The notes beneath the pieces were generated by a model. The model ran no database searches and had not been told where the DNA came from. It saw nothing but the letters and a program-made list of their open reading frames with translations. Positions 45,063 through 56,300 of a DNA stretch of 64,000 nucleotides are shown piece by piece (position 1 is the stretch's first letter; each line of letters opens with the position of its first letter). The translations under genes and the position numbers were made by a program. The DNA is from an uncultured virus (IMG/VR IMGVR_UViG_3300033520_000026). Lineage: Duplodnaviria > Heunggongvirae > Uroviricota > Caudoviricetes. Where the stretch lies: the IMG/VR virus record IMGVR_UViG_3300033520_000026, positions 1 through 64,000 of that record; one strand, written 5' to 3'.

Positions 45063-46046
45063 ATGGGCCTGACTACGATCAAGACCTACGCGAACAAGTT
45101 GCTGTACACGGTGGGGGTGCTGACGGCGGCGGACACGTCGAAGGAGCTGGGGTATCTGCTCAAGGAGTCGTTATTGTACGGCACTGACGGTCTCAAGGGC
45201 GGGCCTGCCGCGTGGTCTGTTGCTGGTAGCGGTGATGGGGTCGATCCTGCATCTGGGATGGACGCTGTAGACCGCTGGACGAATCGAACGAAGGTCGTGA
45301 TGGCAGCGGGGAACCATTCGTGGATCGTCGTGAAGCAACCTGCGCTCGGATCTGCGCCGGGCTACTTGCAGGTCTGCATTGACTTCAACTCAGCGACAAA
45401 CGGGACGCTCAGCGTCGTCTTTTCGCGGGCGGCTGGGTTCACTGGTGGGTCGATTAGTGCGCGTCCCACGGCCACGGACCAGGTCGTCATCGCCGAGGCT
45501 ACCGCTCTGTGGCCTACGACGGCAGCGGTGGGGAGTTGCGGCATCAACTGCCTCAAGAGTACGGACGGCAAGGTTACGCGGTTGATGCGGTCAGTCGACG
45601 GGATCTTTTCTACATCTCGTGTGTACTGGTTCATGGAGCAACTCAACCAGGTGGAGACGTACTGGCCCAGCGATTGCGTGGTGGGCGTGTGCGCCATGTC
45701 GATTAGTGGGTTAGCGGGGAGTTCGCACATCTTCACGCAGCAGGGCAGCTCGCATGCGGGGCGCATGTCATGTGATGGCACTTACAACTATCAGCTTTCA
45801 AATGCGCTTAGCGTGTCGGGCATGTTACGCCCGGATTACGGCGGGGCTTGGCCGGTTTACCCTTGTGGATTTTATGTGGACACAGGGTTGTTTAAGGGCA
45901 AGATTGGCGACTTCTTCGACCTGTGGGCCGCGCCGGAGACGCTGCCCAATTATGAGTATCTGGCGGGCAGTGGGGGCGATTTCGAGTTCGTCAACGTGGG
46001 CGGTATCGTACAGCCTTGGGTGGGTACGACGCTGATCGTGCCGTAG
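45063..46046 (+). CDS. Virion structural protein B2
   Basis: Paralogue of 42817. Confidence 0.7.
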   Translation: MGLTTIKTYANKLLYTVGVLTAADTSKELGYLLKESLLYGTDGLKGGPAAWSVAGSGDGVDPASGMDAVDRWTNRTKVVMAAGNHSWIVVKQPALGSAPGYLQVCIDFNSATNGTLSVVFSRAAGFTGGSISARPTATDQVVIAEATALWPTTAAVGSCGINCLKSTDGKVTRLMRSVDGIFSTSRVYWFMEQLNQVETYWPSDCVVGVCAMSISGLAGSSHIFTQQGSSHAGRMSCDGTYNYQLSNALSVSGMLRPDYGGAWPVYPCGFYVDTGLFKGKIGDFFDLWAAPETLPNYEYLAGSGGDFEFVNVGGIVQPWVGTTLIVP

Positions 46047-46270
46047 TGGCCAACCTGGACGGAAGCGTGGCCGGTGGAGGCGTATTGGATGGCGGCGATT
46101 CCCGCCTTGATGGGTATTTGGCAGGTAGCGGCGTGGACGCGGCAGACGCGGAGTTAGAGGGCGTGGTGGCTGGAGGCGGCGTAGATCTCTCGAAGTGGGA
46201 GGGCGGATGCCCGCCGAGTTACGGTGATGTGGGGCGGGCGATGCCGAAGTTGGTGCGGATCGATCCATGA
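46046..46270 (+). CDS. Small protein C2 (GTG start overlapping the preceding TAG)
   Basis: MANLDGSVAGGG parallels MANRTGTVGGG of 43798. Confidence 0.6.
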   Translation: MANLDGSVAGGGVLDGGDSRLDGYLAGSGVDAADAELEGVVAGGGVDLSKWEGGCPPSYGDVGRAMPKLVRIDP

Positions 46271-46302
46271 TTTGTTACGGTTTTTGAAGACAGGAGCACG
46301 GC

Positions 46303-47859
46303 ATGGCGCAGGCGAGTAATACCGGACATTTTCAGTGGCCGATTCCGAATTGGAACGCCGACTGGCAGAAGTGGCAGCAGATGTTCGGGACGTTTGCCCA
46401 CGGGGTGGACGCCTGCGTCTTTGGCATCCTGGAGCACATCACGGTGCTCGCCAAGGCGCTCCCGAGCGTGGTGATCATCGACCCGGGGACGCACGTGTTT
46501 TCTCAGAACGCGGCGGCGGTATTTGTATCGCGGACGCTTCAGACTCAGATCAGCGTTGGGCCGACCCCGTTGACGTTGATTCCGGGGGCGCTTGTGTGCG
46601 CGTCTCTTCAGCCGGGAGCGGTTGGTCCACAGGTTGTGGATTGGGAGTTGCGGGATGGAAGCACTCCGGTCGATCCGGCATTGGTTGTGTTTGGCGTGGT
46701 GGCGGACGACTATGCGATCCGCTGGTACAACGGGGCTCGGTTGCCGCTTGGCACGGCGATGGTGTTGTTCGAATTTCCGGGCGGGAGTAGTCCGGGCGGT
46801 GGATTAGATCCAGCGCCGTTCCTGACGCTTTCGGCGAACACGGTGCTGACCGAATCTCAAAACGGCCAGTATTTCGAGACGAACAATGTTGGTGGCACGG
46901 TAACAGTGACGCTTCCGACCGACCCGACGGACGGCATGCAGTACACGGTGGTTGCTGGGAAGGGCACTACGACCGTCGTGGAGGCAGGTGGGACGAACGG
47001 CATACTCTGGCCGCAGTCCACGGTGAGCGTGCCCCTGGTGCCTGATTTGCGGGCGGCTCCGACGACGTTGGCACCTGTTCGATTGACGGTCACGGCGAAG
47101 GATCTCACGGCGTTTGGAATCTCGGAGATCGCGTGGATAGCGACGTCGGCGACGGGGTTGTGGACAGACGCGGTGAGTGGCAAGGCGTTTGACTTCAATT
47201 TCCCGGTGACGGTGAGTAGCGGGTTGCTCATCGACGATCCTTTGGTTGGGACAAAGTCGGTGGCGGGTGCGCCTGCGTTGGTAAGTGACGCAGCGGCGGT
47301 GACACCGTTCCGGCTGAAGTGCGAGTCGGACACCCATTTGCGCAGCGTGGACATGACGGTGACGCGAACCCAGGTTCGTGCCTTACTGGAGAGCTACCAC
47401 GGGTCTACCTCGGTGGTCCCGGTAGTGTTTACGGTAAACACCACGGGGTTTGCAGCGGTGGCAGACGACGGGTGGGTGGCCACGTTCAAGGTCGGAGCGA
47501 ACACGTCGGGTGCAGCGGTTCCAATCGTTGTGCAGAACGAGGGCGTGGTGACCGAGATTTCCATTGGAGACGCGCCATTTGTCCACAGCATTACCTGCTC
47601 GCAGCTCGGGGCGAGTATCATCCTGCGGCATACTGGAAATCCGTTTGGATCTCGTGGCCGGTTTCAAGTCATAGCGGGGTCTGGCACATGGACGGACAAT
47701 CTTGGAGGCGTGCATGTTTTCGATAGTTTGGGCGCGCTGGACGGGGCTGCGAATCCCAATGGGATCGTGACCGGGGTTCTTGGGCAGTCGTACTATCAGA
47801 CCGGGGTGGGCGTATTTTGGATCAATATAGACGGCAGCACGGAATGGATCGTACAGTAG
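46303..47859 (+). CDS. Tail fibre/attachment protein
   Basis: N-terminus paralogous to 40603; C-terminal NPNGIVTGVLG motif also present in 47913. Confidence 0.7.
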   Translation: MAQASNTGHFQWPIPNWNADWQKWQQMFGTFAHGVDACVFGILEHITVLAKALPSVVIIDPGTHVFSQNAAAVFVSRTLQTQISVGPTPLTLIPGALVCASLQPGAVGPQVVDWELRDGSTPVDPALVVFGVVADDYAIRWYNGARLPLGTAMVLFEFPGGSSPGGGLDPAPFLTLSANTVLTESQNGQYFETNNVGGTVTVTLPTDPTDGMQYTVVAGKGTTTVVEAGGTNGILWPQSTVSVPLVPDLRAAPTTLAPVRLTVTAKDLTAFGISEIAWIATSATGLWTDAVSGKAFDFNFPVTVSSGLLIDDPLVGTKSVAGAPALVSDAAAVTPFRLKCESDTHLRSVDMTVTRTQVRALLESYHGSTSVVPVVFTVNTTGFAAVADDGWVATFKVGANTSGAAVPIVVQNEGVVTEISIGDAPFVHSITCSQLGASIILRHTGNPFGSRGRFQVIAGSGTWTDNLGGVHVFDSLGALDGAANPNGIVTGVLGQSYYQTGVGVFWINIDGSTEWIVQ

Positions 47860-47912
47860 CGTAAAGTTACACGGTTCTCGGCAATATCGCCGGATCACAA
47901 AGGAGTTCACCA

Positions 47913-49067
47913 ATGGCAGGGTTCACAAGTCCGTATCGCTACCACAACTTCATTGGCAATCACGCAGACGCAGCGGCAGCCACCACGTTCTTCCAGACCA
48001 CCCTGGGCTGGGGCACGCTGGGAGCATCGGTCGGCCTCGGCGTCACCTACTGGGACGACACCGCCGCGCTGCTCAAGGTCTGGGACGGATCGGCCTGGTC
48101 CGCCATGGAGGCCGCGACCCCGACCCTGAGCGAAGTGCTCACCGCGGGCGCGGACGCAGGCGCGACCACCATCACGAACCTCGGAGCGCCGTCTGCGGCA
48201 ACCGACGCGGCGACCAAGAGCTACGTGGACAGCGTGGCCACGGGCCTCATGTGGAAGCCCCCGGTCCTCGTGATCAACATGGTGAGCGACTTCGACTACG
48301 GCGGGACCACCGATCCGACCGGAATGGTGGCAGGGGATTGCTACGTCGTAAAGGGCTGGCTGACCGGCGGATTCACCGATGGCGACATCGTGGAGTACAG
48401 CGGGACGGCATGGGTGCTGATCCAGGCGGATACAGCGGGCGAGCCAGCCGATGGCACCCGCGTGATCGTGAAGGCGACCGGCGGGGCCGGATCGTTTGCG
48501 ACCCACGGCAAGAAGATCGCGACCTACAACGCCACCACGGACACCTGGGCGGTCGAGGCCCCGGCAGACGGCTGGGCGGCGCTCGTCACCGGCGACGGCG
48601 GCATCTGGAGCGACACCGGCTGGACCTACAACGGCACCGACTGGGTGCAGTTCACGGGCGCGGGGCAGATCAACGCGGGATCCGGTCTCACCAAGACCGG
48701 CAACACCCTGGACGTCGGGCGCGGCGACGGTATCTCGGTGGGCAACGACACCGTGAACGTCGACCTGACCGCCAGCAACCCCGGCTTGGAGCTGACCGGC
48801 ACCTCGGGCAGCAAGACCCTGCAAGTCCAGGCGGACGGCGCCCACGGTATCGTGCGCGGTGCGTCCGGCGTCGAGATCGAGCTGGCGGCCACGGCGGCCA
48901 AGGGCGGCCTGGTCGTCGACTCCGATGGCGTGCGCTCGATGCAGTTCAACGTGGGCAACCCCAACAGCGTCGTGACCGGCGTGCTGGGCGAGTTCTGCCT
49001 GGATACCACCAGCAAGGTGCTCTACGTCTGCACGACGGCGGGCAGCGCGAACTGGAACGTGGTCTGA
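47913..49067 (+). CDS. Fibre/decoration-like virion protein
   Basis: DAATKSYVD fibre repeat and AGSGLTKTGNTL; capsid-like optimal codon use; strong RBS. Confidence 0.7.
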   Translation: MAGFTSPYRYHNFIGNHADAAAATTFFQTTLGWGTLGASVGLGVTYWDDTAALLKVWDGSAWSAMEAATPTLSEVLTAGADAGATTITNLGAPSAATDAATKSYVDSVATGLMWKPPVLVINMVSDFDYGGTTDPTGMVAGDCYVVKGWLTGGFTDGDIVEYSGTAWVLIQADTAGEPADGTRVIVKATGGAGSFATHGKKIATYNATTDTWAVEAPADGWAALVTGDGGIWSDTGWTYNGTDWVQFTGAGQINAGSGLTKTGNTLDVGRGDGISVGNDTVNVDLTASNPGLELTGTSGSKTLQVQADGAHGIVRGASGVEIELAATAAKGGLVVDSDGVRSMQFNVGNPNSVVTGVLGEFCLDTTSKVLYVCTTAGSANWNVV

Positions 49068-49082
49068 CGAGTTCGGGAGCTT

Positions 49083-49143
49083 GTGGGGTCGGGTAGGCTG
49101 TCTCTTCTGCTTTTCTCCTCGGGCTACCCGGCCCCACCTTTTT
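49083..49143 (+). terminator. Long GC hairpin with T tract, probable terminator/attenuator
   Basis: GTGGGGTCGGGTAG (49083-49096) pairs with CTACCCGGCCCCAC (49124-49137), followed by CTTTTT. Confidence 0.55.
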
Positions 49144-49166
49144 GCGCTGCGCGATGAGGTGCCTGC

Positions 49167-52100
49167 ATGAGTTTGACCATGCCCTACGGGCAGAACCACT
49201 ACATGGGCGAGTGCGCCACCGAGTCGGCGGCGCTGGTGTGGATTCGCGACAACAAGTGGGACAGCGTGGGGGACGGCACGGGCAATCCGCAGGCGGGCAT
49301 GGCGTTCTTCGATACGGGGGCGACCAAGCTCAAGGTGCATGACGGCAGCGCGTGGGTGGCGCTGGGATCGGCCACGCCCGGTGGGTCGTCGGGACAGATT
49401 CAGTACAACAACAGTTCGACTCTGGGCGGCGCATCGCAGTTGTACTGGGACAGCGGGAACGCGGGCTTGGCCTACGGCAAGACCACGGTGGACGGGTCGC
49501 GGTTCGATGTGGTGACGGTCGAGGGGACGTACCCGTACCAGGCGACGATGCACGGCAGCAATCAGTCCTATGGTTGCTTCGTGTCGATCCGTAAGGCGCG
49601 GGGCTCGCAGGGGTCGGAGACGACCGTGGCCGATGGCGATCCCATCGGTGGGGTTTCGTTTCGCGGGTATGGGTCAGCGTTCACGACGGTGGCCGCGATC
49701 AAGGCCACGGTCAGTGGCACGGTGTCCGGGAACAACATCCCGACCAAGTTGGAGTTGCAGACGCACAATGGCACCGCGTTTGATATGCGGGTGCTCATCA
49801 CCGCCGCAGGCAAGGTGGGCATCGCCAATGCGTCTCCAGTGGCGTTGCTCGCGTTAGGTACGGCGGGAACGACAGCGGGCTCGTTGAGCCTGGCGGGGGC
49901 CACGAGCGGCACCTGTACGGTGCAGGTCGCAGCGGCAGCGGGCACGAGTACGGTCTTCCAGCTACCCGCGACCAATGGCACCGATGGCTATTTTTTGAAG
50001 ACCAACGGGTTAGGCGTGACCTCGTGGTCAGTGGTGTCTGCCACACCAGCGGGCAGCACCGGCTACGTGCAGTTCAACAATGCGGGCGCGTTCGGCGCGG
50101 ATGCGGCGTTCTTCTGGGACAACACCAACAAGCGGTTGGGCATCGGCTGCACAAATCCCATAGGGGCGATTGAGATCAGCAAGGACACGGCGAACGCGTC
50201 GATGTTCGCGAGCGTGTTCAGCAGTTCAACGAACTGTGCCAGCGTCTATGTGCAGCGCGGCAGGGGGACGAGAGCGTCAAAATCGGCAGTGCAATCGGGC
50301 GACCGACTGGGGCAGCTTGGCTTCGCCGGATATTACGATACGTCCAACAACTACGGGTGCTCGTTCGTCGCGGCCTATGCCACGGAGAACTGGGGGGCCG
50401 GGGCGCGAGGGTCGGATCTGCGGTTTGAGTTGACGGCAGCGACGACGGCGACGGTGGTCGAGCGGATGCGGCTGACGAGTGCGGGCAACGTGTTCATCGG
50501 CACGACAAGTGGAAATAGTATCAATGGAACTGTTTATACATATTCAATGATAGTCGCCGGGGCTGATGCTTCGACCCAAATCAACGGGATTATTTCAGAA
50601 GGGAGCGCGTCTGCTGGTCGCTTTGTTGGCATTAGACATAATGGATCTTTGTCTGGCAAAACAGCAGTGGCAAGTGGCGATGTTATTGCGTCATTTTCGG
50701 GTTTAGGTTGGGATGGTGGAGTTAGTAGTCCGACATATGTTGATGCAGCACAGATAAGGATTGAGGTCGATGGAACCGTTTCCGAAGACATCGTTCCAGG
50801 GCGGATGGTGTTCAATATCAGGAACACGTCTGGAACGTACGCTGAGCGTATGAGAATCACGAATTCCGGCAATGTGTTCATAGGAACGACAGCCGGAGTC
50901 AGTATAAATGGAGCTACTCAAGTACATTCTTTGATTGTTTATGGTACTGATTCCAACCCGCAATTTAGCAGTATTTCAAATGAAAGCAGCGCGAATACAT
51001 CAAGATTTCAAGGCTTTAGGCATAATGGAACATTTTCCGTAAAGACAGCAGTTGCAAGTGGAGATGTGCTTTGTTCTTTGAATTCTGTAGGTTGGGATGG
51101 TGGAGCCTCCCCAACTTATATAACAGCTACAAACGTACAGGGTGTTGTTGACGGAACTGTTTCGGCAGGGATCGTACCTGGAAGAATTGCTTTTAATACA
51201 AGGAATTCAACAGGAACGTTAGCCGAGCGCATGCGGATCACGAGCGCGGGATTTGTTGGCATCGCAAATGTGTCTCCAAGTTCCTTGCTCACGTTGGGGA
51301 CAGCCGGAACGACGGCGGGCTCGCTGAGTCTGGAAGGGCTAACCAGCGGCACATGCACGGTTCGTGTGGCATCTGTAGCAGGCACGAGCACGATCTTCCA
51401 GTTGCCAGCGACAAACGGAACGAACGGTCATTTCCTCAAGACGGATGGCACTGGGGTGACGAGTTGGGCGGCGGTCTCGGCCACGCCAGCGGGCAGTAGC
51501 AACCAGATCCAGTACAACAATGGCGGGGCCTTTGGCGCTAGTGCCAACATGGCTTGGGACGGCACGTCAAGGTTTACGATGACTGCCGATCAGACCTGGG
51601 CTGGATGTAGTTCGTTCGTGTACGCTTCTGGTGGGAATATCTCTCCGTACTATGGCTTCTACCGATACAACAACACGCAAGCTTCTCCAACGGCAGTTGT
51701 GTCCGGGAATATTCTCGGAGAGCTGCTGTTCCACGGTTCGTACAGCTCATCACAGCATGCCATTGGTTGGCGTGTTGCGGCGGTTGCGAGCGGAACTTGG
51801 TCTTCTGGTACGACGCCAAGTTATTTTCATTTCACCCTGCGCAATAATGGCACGGATGATGTCAGAATCATGACGTTGGCGTCAGGGGTGGTGGCCATTG
51901 GTACGCACACGACGGCGACGGAGCGCTTGGACATCCAGGACGGGTCGGCCAATGGGGCGATCCGGGTGGGCAATACCGCCAACAGCAACGCGGGCACCAT
52001 CAAGTACACGAGCAACACGTTCAGCGGCTACAATGGGTCAGCCTGGGTCAACTTCGGTGCCGGTGCGCCAGCGGGCAGCAATACACAAGTTCAATTCAAT

Positions 52101-53336
52101 AACAGTGGTTCTTTCGGTGCAGACAGTGCATTCACTTGGGATAACACAAATAAACAAATTCTTCTTCCAGGAAATGATGTGTATTCTGGCATACACATTA
52201 CATCAGCGGCAACAACAAATAAGTTTTCATTTATCATACTTAGAAGATATAGAAATACAATCGCTTCTCCGTCCGCAGTTCAGAGTGAGGATGCTCTTGG
52301 GCAGATAGCTTTTCAAGGTTTTGGAGCTACTGCAAATCGCACTGGAGCTGATTTCGTTGGCTACGCAGATGGTACATGGACAGATTCGTCAGCTCCTACT
52401 TACATGGTTTTTAGAACGTCAGCGTCAGGGTCGACTACGCCTACTGAGCGCATGCGGATTACGAGTGCTGGTAATATTGGGATTGGTTGTGCAGATCCTT
52501 CTTGCATAATTGAGTCAAGTTTGGATTCTGGAAACAACATTGGATTGGCAAGTACATTCAGCACTGATTCTCATGGAATTTGGGGAGTGCATCATGCTCG
52601 TGGAACTCGTTCTTCTCCAGCGGTAGTTCAAGCAAACGATACTCTTGGTGGATTTTTATTTTTTGGACAATACAACACTGCACTAGCAAACAGATCAAGT
52701 AATGCGTCAATGTATGGATATGCTTCAGAACTTTGGAGCAATACAGCTCGCGGTTCGTATATTGTTTTTTATACAACTGCAAATACAACAACATCTACCA
52801 TAGAACGAATGAGAATCACAGATGCTGGAATCGTTCAGATAGGTCGTGTAGGCGGTGCGACTGGGCAAATAAATCTTCTTGGAACGACTTCTGGGACTGT
52901 TTCCCTCAAAGTAGCCGATGTAGCCGGGTCATGGACGATGACGTTGCCAGCAGCGGCACCTGGAGTGACGGGGTACGTGTTGAGCGCCACGACGGCGGGT
53001 GTGTGTAGTTGGGTTGCGGCTGGTAGCAGCACAGCGGTTGATGCTGGCACAGCGGCAGGCCAGGTCTTGTATTGGAACAGTGGTAGTTCCAAGTGGACCT
53101 ACACCGAGACAAGCGAACTGGTGTGGGACGACACCAACAAGCGGGTGGGCATCAACGAGGCAGCCCCTAGCTCGCGCCTGGACGTGGGCGGGGACGTGGA
53201 GATCGCCAGCAACGGCTGGCACTACTACGGAGATCCGAGCACGGACGGGTCGTGGCGCACGGGGCGGGTGAGTGCGGATCTGGTGGTGCAGAAGCGGGAT
53301 AGCGGCACCTGGAATACGAAGCACACGTTCTCGTGA
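49167..53336 (+). CDS. Long modular tail fibre (1389 aa)
   Basis: Seven related modules ending in ERMRITxxG-like motifs; PAGS..Q.NN.G.FGA linkers. Confidence 0.85.
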   Translation: MSLTMPYGQNHYMGECATESAALVWIRDNKWDSVGDGTGNPQAGMAFFDTGATKLKVHDGSAWVALGSATPGGSSGQIQYNNSSTLGGASQLYWDSGNAGLAYGKTTVDGSRFDVVTVEGTYPYQATMHGSNQSYGCFVSIRKARGSQGSETTVADGDPIGGVSFRGYGSAFTTVAAIKATVSGTVSGNNIPTKLELQTHNGTAFDMRVLITAAGKVGIANASPVALLALGTAGTTAGSLSLAGATSGTCTVQVAAAAGTSTVFQLPATNGTDGYFLKTNGLGVTSWSVVSATPAGSTGYVQFNNAGAFGADAAFFWDNTNKRLGIGCTNPIGAIEISKDTANASMFASVFSSSTNCASVYVQRGRGTRASKSAVQSGDRLGQLGFAGYYDTSNNYGCSFVAAYATENWGAGARGSDLRFELTAATTATVVERMRLTSAGNVFIGTTSGNSINGTVYTYSMIVAGADASTQINGIISEGSASAGRFVGIRHNGSLSGKTAVASGDVIASFSGLGWDGGVSSPTYVDAAQIRIEVDGTVSEDIVPGRMVFNIRNTSGTYAERMRITNSGNVFIGTTAGVSINGATQVHSLIVYGTDSNPQFSSISNESSANTSRFQGFRHNGTFSVKTAVASGDVLCSLNSVGWDGGASPTYITATNVQGVVDGTVSAGIVPGRIAFNTRNSTGTLAERMRITSAGFVGIANVSPSSLLTLGTAGTTAGSLSLEGLTSGTCTVRVASVAGTSTIFQLPATNGTNGHFLKTDGTGVTSWAAVSATPAGSSNQIQYNNGGAFGASANMAWDGTSRFTMTADQTWAGCSSFVYASGGNISPYYGFYRYNNTQASPTAVVSGNILGELLFHGSYSSSQHAIGWRVAAVASGTWSSGTTPSYFHFTLRNNGTDDVRIMTLASGVVAIGTHTTATERLDIQDGSANGAIRVGNTANSNAGTIKYTSNTFSGYNGSAWVNFGAGAPAGSNTQVQFNNSGSFGADSAFTWDNTNKQILLPGNDVYSGIHITSAATTNKFSFIILRRYRNTIASPSAVQSEDALGQIAFQGFGATANRTGADFVGYADGTWTDSSAPTYMVFRTSASGSTTPTERMRITSAGNIGIGCADPSCIIESSLDSGNNIGLASTFSTDSHGIWGVHHARGTRSSPAVVQANDTLGGFLFFGQYNTALANRSSNASMYGYASELWSNTARGSYIVFYTTANTTTSTIERMRITDAGIVQIGRVGGATGQINLLGTTSGTVSLKVADVAGSWTMTLPAAAPGVTGYVLSATTAGVCSWVAAGSSTAVDAGTAAGQVLYWNSGSSKWTYTETSELVWDDTNKRVGINEAAPSSRLDVGGDVEIASNGWHYYGDPSTDGSWRTGRVSADLVVQKRDSGTWNTKHTFS

Positions 53337-53372
53337 GGACGCGAACCCAGGTTCGCCTGGGATGGAGATGGC

Positions 53373-56300
53373 ATGGCAATCCAGTACGATAGCGCGAACA
53401 ATCAGGTGGTCTTCAGCGGGGATGCCTATGTGAAGCGGGAGGCGGCGGGCGCGATCCGGTTGGGCAACGCCAGCACGGGCCTGGTGGCATCCGACCACGC
53501 GTTGTTCGCGGCGATCAGCACGCCGACTACGCCCGGATCGGGGCTCGGGCGACTGTTCGCAGGTGGGGCCGGGGCGAGCGACGTGTACTGGCTGAATAGC
53601 AGCGGTGTGGCGGTCTCGTTGACGCAGTCGCAGACGTTCTCGACGTTGCAAGGCGAGCCCACGGGCTTGCCGAATCGCACGGACTCGACGCTGTCGTTCA
53701 ACAACACCACGCGGGAGTTCACGATTGCTCCAGCGGTGACGAGTTTCGACGTCTATTCGAAGGGCACCAAGTACACCAAGAGTAGCGCCCAGACGGTGAC
53801 GCTGACTGACGTGACAGGGCTGCACTATGTCTACTTCGACGCGAGCGGCGTGCTTCAGAAGGCGACCTCGGCGTGGGATCTCAGCGCGGGGATCTCGCCA
53901 GTGGCGACGGTGTACTGGAATACCGATCTGGACCAGGGGCGTATCGGCGAGGAGCGGCACGGCTTGGTCATGGACTGGGCCACCCATGACTACATGCACG
54001 AGACGCTGGGGTCTCGCTATGTGAACGGGCTCGGCGGTAGTTTCACGAACACCACGTTCACGATCACGGACGGCGTGTATCGAGACGAGGACATCCGTCA
54101 TGTGCCCGGTGAGCAGACGCAGTGTCGGGTGTTTCGGCGCGATGGGAGTGGGAACTGGACCTGGGGTAGCAAGGGCACGCTGTACTACGTGGTTCAGAAC
54201 ACGCACCTGACCTACGACAACGGCGGCACGCTGACCGAGACGAACAGCAACGACTACGTGGCGGTCTGGTTCTTCGTGACGAACGATCCCGAGACGCCGA
54301 TCTACGTGATCATGGGGCAGCGCAAGGACGGTAACATCGCCGATGCGCGCAACAACAACACCTACGACCAGTTGAGCCTGACCAATCTCCCGGCCAAGGA
54401 GTTCAAGGTGCTGTATCGCGTCCTCCTGCGGGACGACGCGAGTCCCTACGAGGAGGCGCAGGATCTGCGCAGCCTGGCGGTGGTGTCCTCGGGGACGTAT
54501 GTGGCGACAGACCACAACAGCCTCACGAATCGCACCGTGCTGGGGTCGCATCCGGCGAGCGCGATCACGGTGGATGTGGGAGCGTTCACGGGGTTCCTGA
54601 CCGGGACGACCAGTGCGCAGACGGCGTTTGCGACGTTGGACACGCACACGCATGCGCCGCCCACGGGCGATACCAAGGTGATCTACAACGACGGCGGGGC
54701 GTGGGCCGCAGCGGACGTCTACTACACCAAGGGCAACGGGTATCTCGGGGTGGGCCAGGCCACGCCGGGCGAGCGCCTGCACCTCAAGGACGGGTCGGGC
54801 AACGGCGCGGTCGTGCTCGGGGCGCACCAGAACGGCACGGCCATCGCGGGCACCGTGGAGTGGACGGGGTCGGCGCTGCGCTGGTACGACGGGTCGACTT
54901 GGAAGAGTGCGGGCATCGAGCTGACCGATCCGTTGCTGTACAAGGGTGCCATCGACTGCTCGGGGAACCCCAACTATCCGGCAGCGGACGCGGGGTTCAC
55001 CTACCGCATCAGCGTGGCGGGCAAGATCGGCGGGGCCAGCGGGCCGAACGTCGAGGCGGGCGACATGCTGGTCTGCCATGTGGATGGGTCCGCAGCGGGC
55101 ACCCACGCTGTCGTGGGGGCCAACTGGGACATCCTCCAGATCAATTTGGACGGGGCGGTGATCGGCCCGACGAGCGCGACGGATTCGGCGGTCGCGCTGT
55201 TCGATTCGACGACGGGGAAGTTGATCAAGAACTCGCTGGTCACGATTGACGGGAGCGGGTCGGTCAACATTCCTAGTGGGCAGAGCTATAAGATCAATGG
55301 GACCGCGTTGACGGCGGCGAACGTGGGGGCGGAGCCGACGTTGCCGTTGAGTACGCGAGGGGATCTGCTCTACCGCAACGCGAGCAACGTGACGGCGCGG
55401 TTTCCTGTGGGGACGAACGAGCAGGTGATCACGACGAACGGGACCGACGTATCCTGGGGGGCGGTGCCAGGGCGGCATGATGCCGTGACGTTGGCGACGT
55501 CAGCGACCACGGGCGGGCTTGGCCTGTCTACGCAGGAGATCAGCTTTCAGGCGGCGTCAGGGTCCACGAACGGGTATCTGACGAGCACCAACTGGACCAC
55601 GTTCAACAGTAAGGTGAGCGGGGCGGCGGGTAGCAACACCGAGATCCAGTACAACAGCAGTGGCGCGTTCGCAGCGAGTTCCAATCTGGTGTGGGACAAC
55701 GGGAATGTGCGGCTAGGCATCGGTGGGGCACCGCAGGCGACGTTGGACGTGCAGGCGGCCTCGGCGTGGATTCGGGCCATGGGGTCCACGGACCCATACG
55801 TCTCAGCCCAGGACACGACCAACAGTTGCGTGGTGAAGATCCAGGCGTTGGATACAGCCGTTTCCGTGGGCGCACAGAGCGACCACGAGGTGCGCTTCAT
55901 CGTGAACAACGCGGCGAAGATGTACCTCACGACGACGGGCCGATTAGGGATCAACGTCGCCGCGCCCTCGTACATCCTGCACACGTCCGTAGATGGGCGT
56001 GGGGACGTCCAGTTCGACTCGCACAGCGCCTCGGATGACGGGGTGTTCTTGTGGTTGCGTCGGAGCGGCGGCACGCAGGCGAGTCCGGCAGCGGTGTCAT
56101 CGGGGCATCGGCTGGGGAACATCGTCTTCGCAGGGTACTATGATACGTCCAATTCGAGCTGGGGTGCCGTGATCCAGTCCATGGCATACGGGTTGTGGTC
56201 GGCCACGAATCGCGGAGCCTGCCTGCAATTCTACACGACGACTACGGGCACGACCGCGCTGACCGAGCGCATGCGGATCATCGACAACGGGTACGTGGGG

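Noticed and set aside
52929..55478. Long antisense ORFs (849 aa here; also 31587-33305, 47907-49553 and 12048-13295)
   Set aside because: They are shadow frames of GC-rich genuine + strand genes, with R/P/H- or S/A-rich translations and no recognisable motifs.
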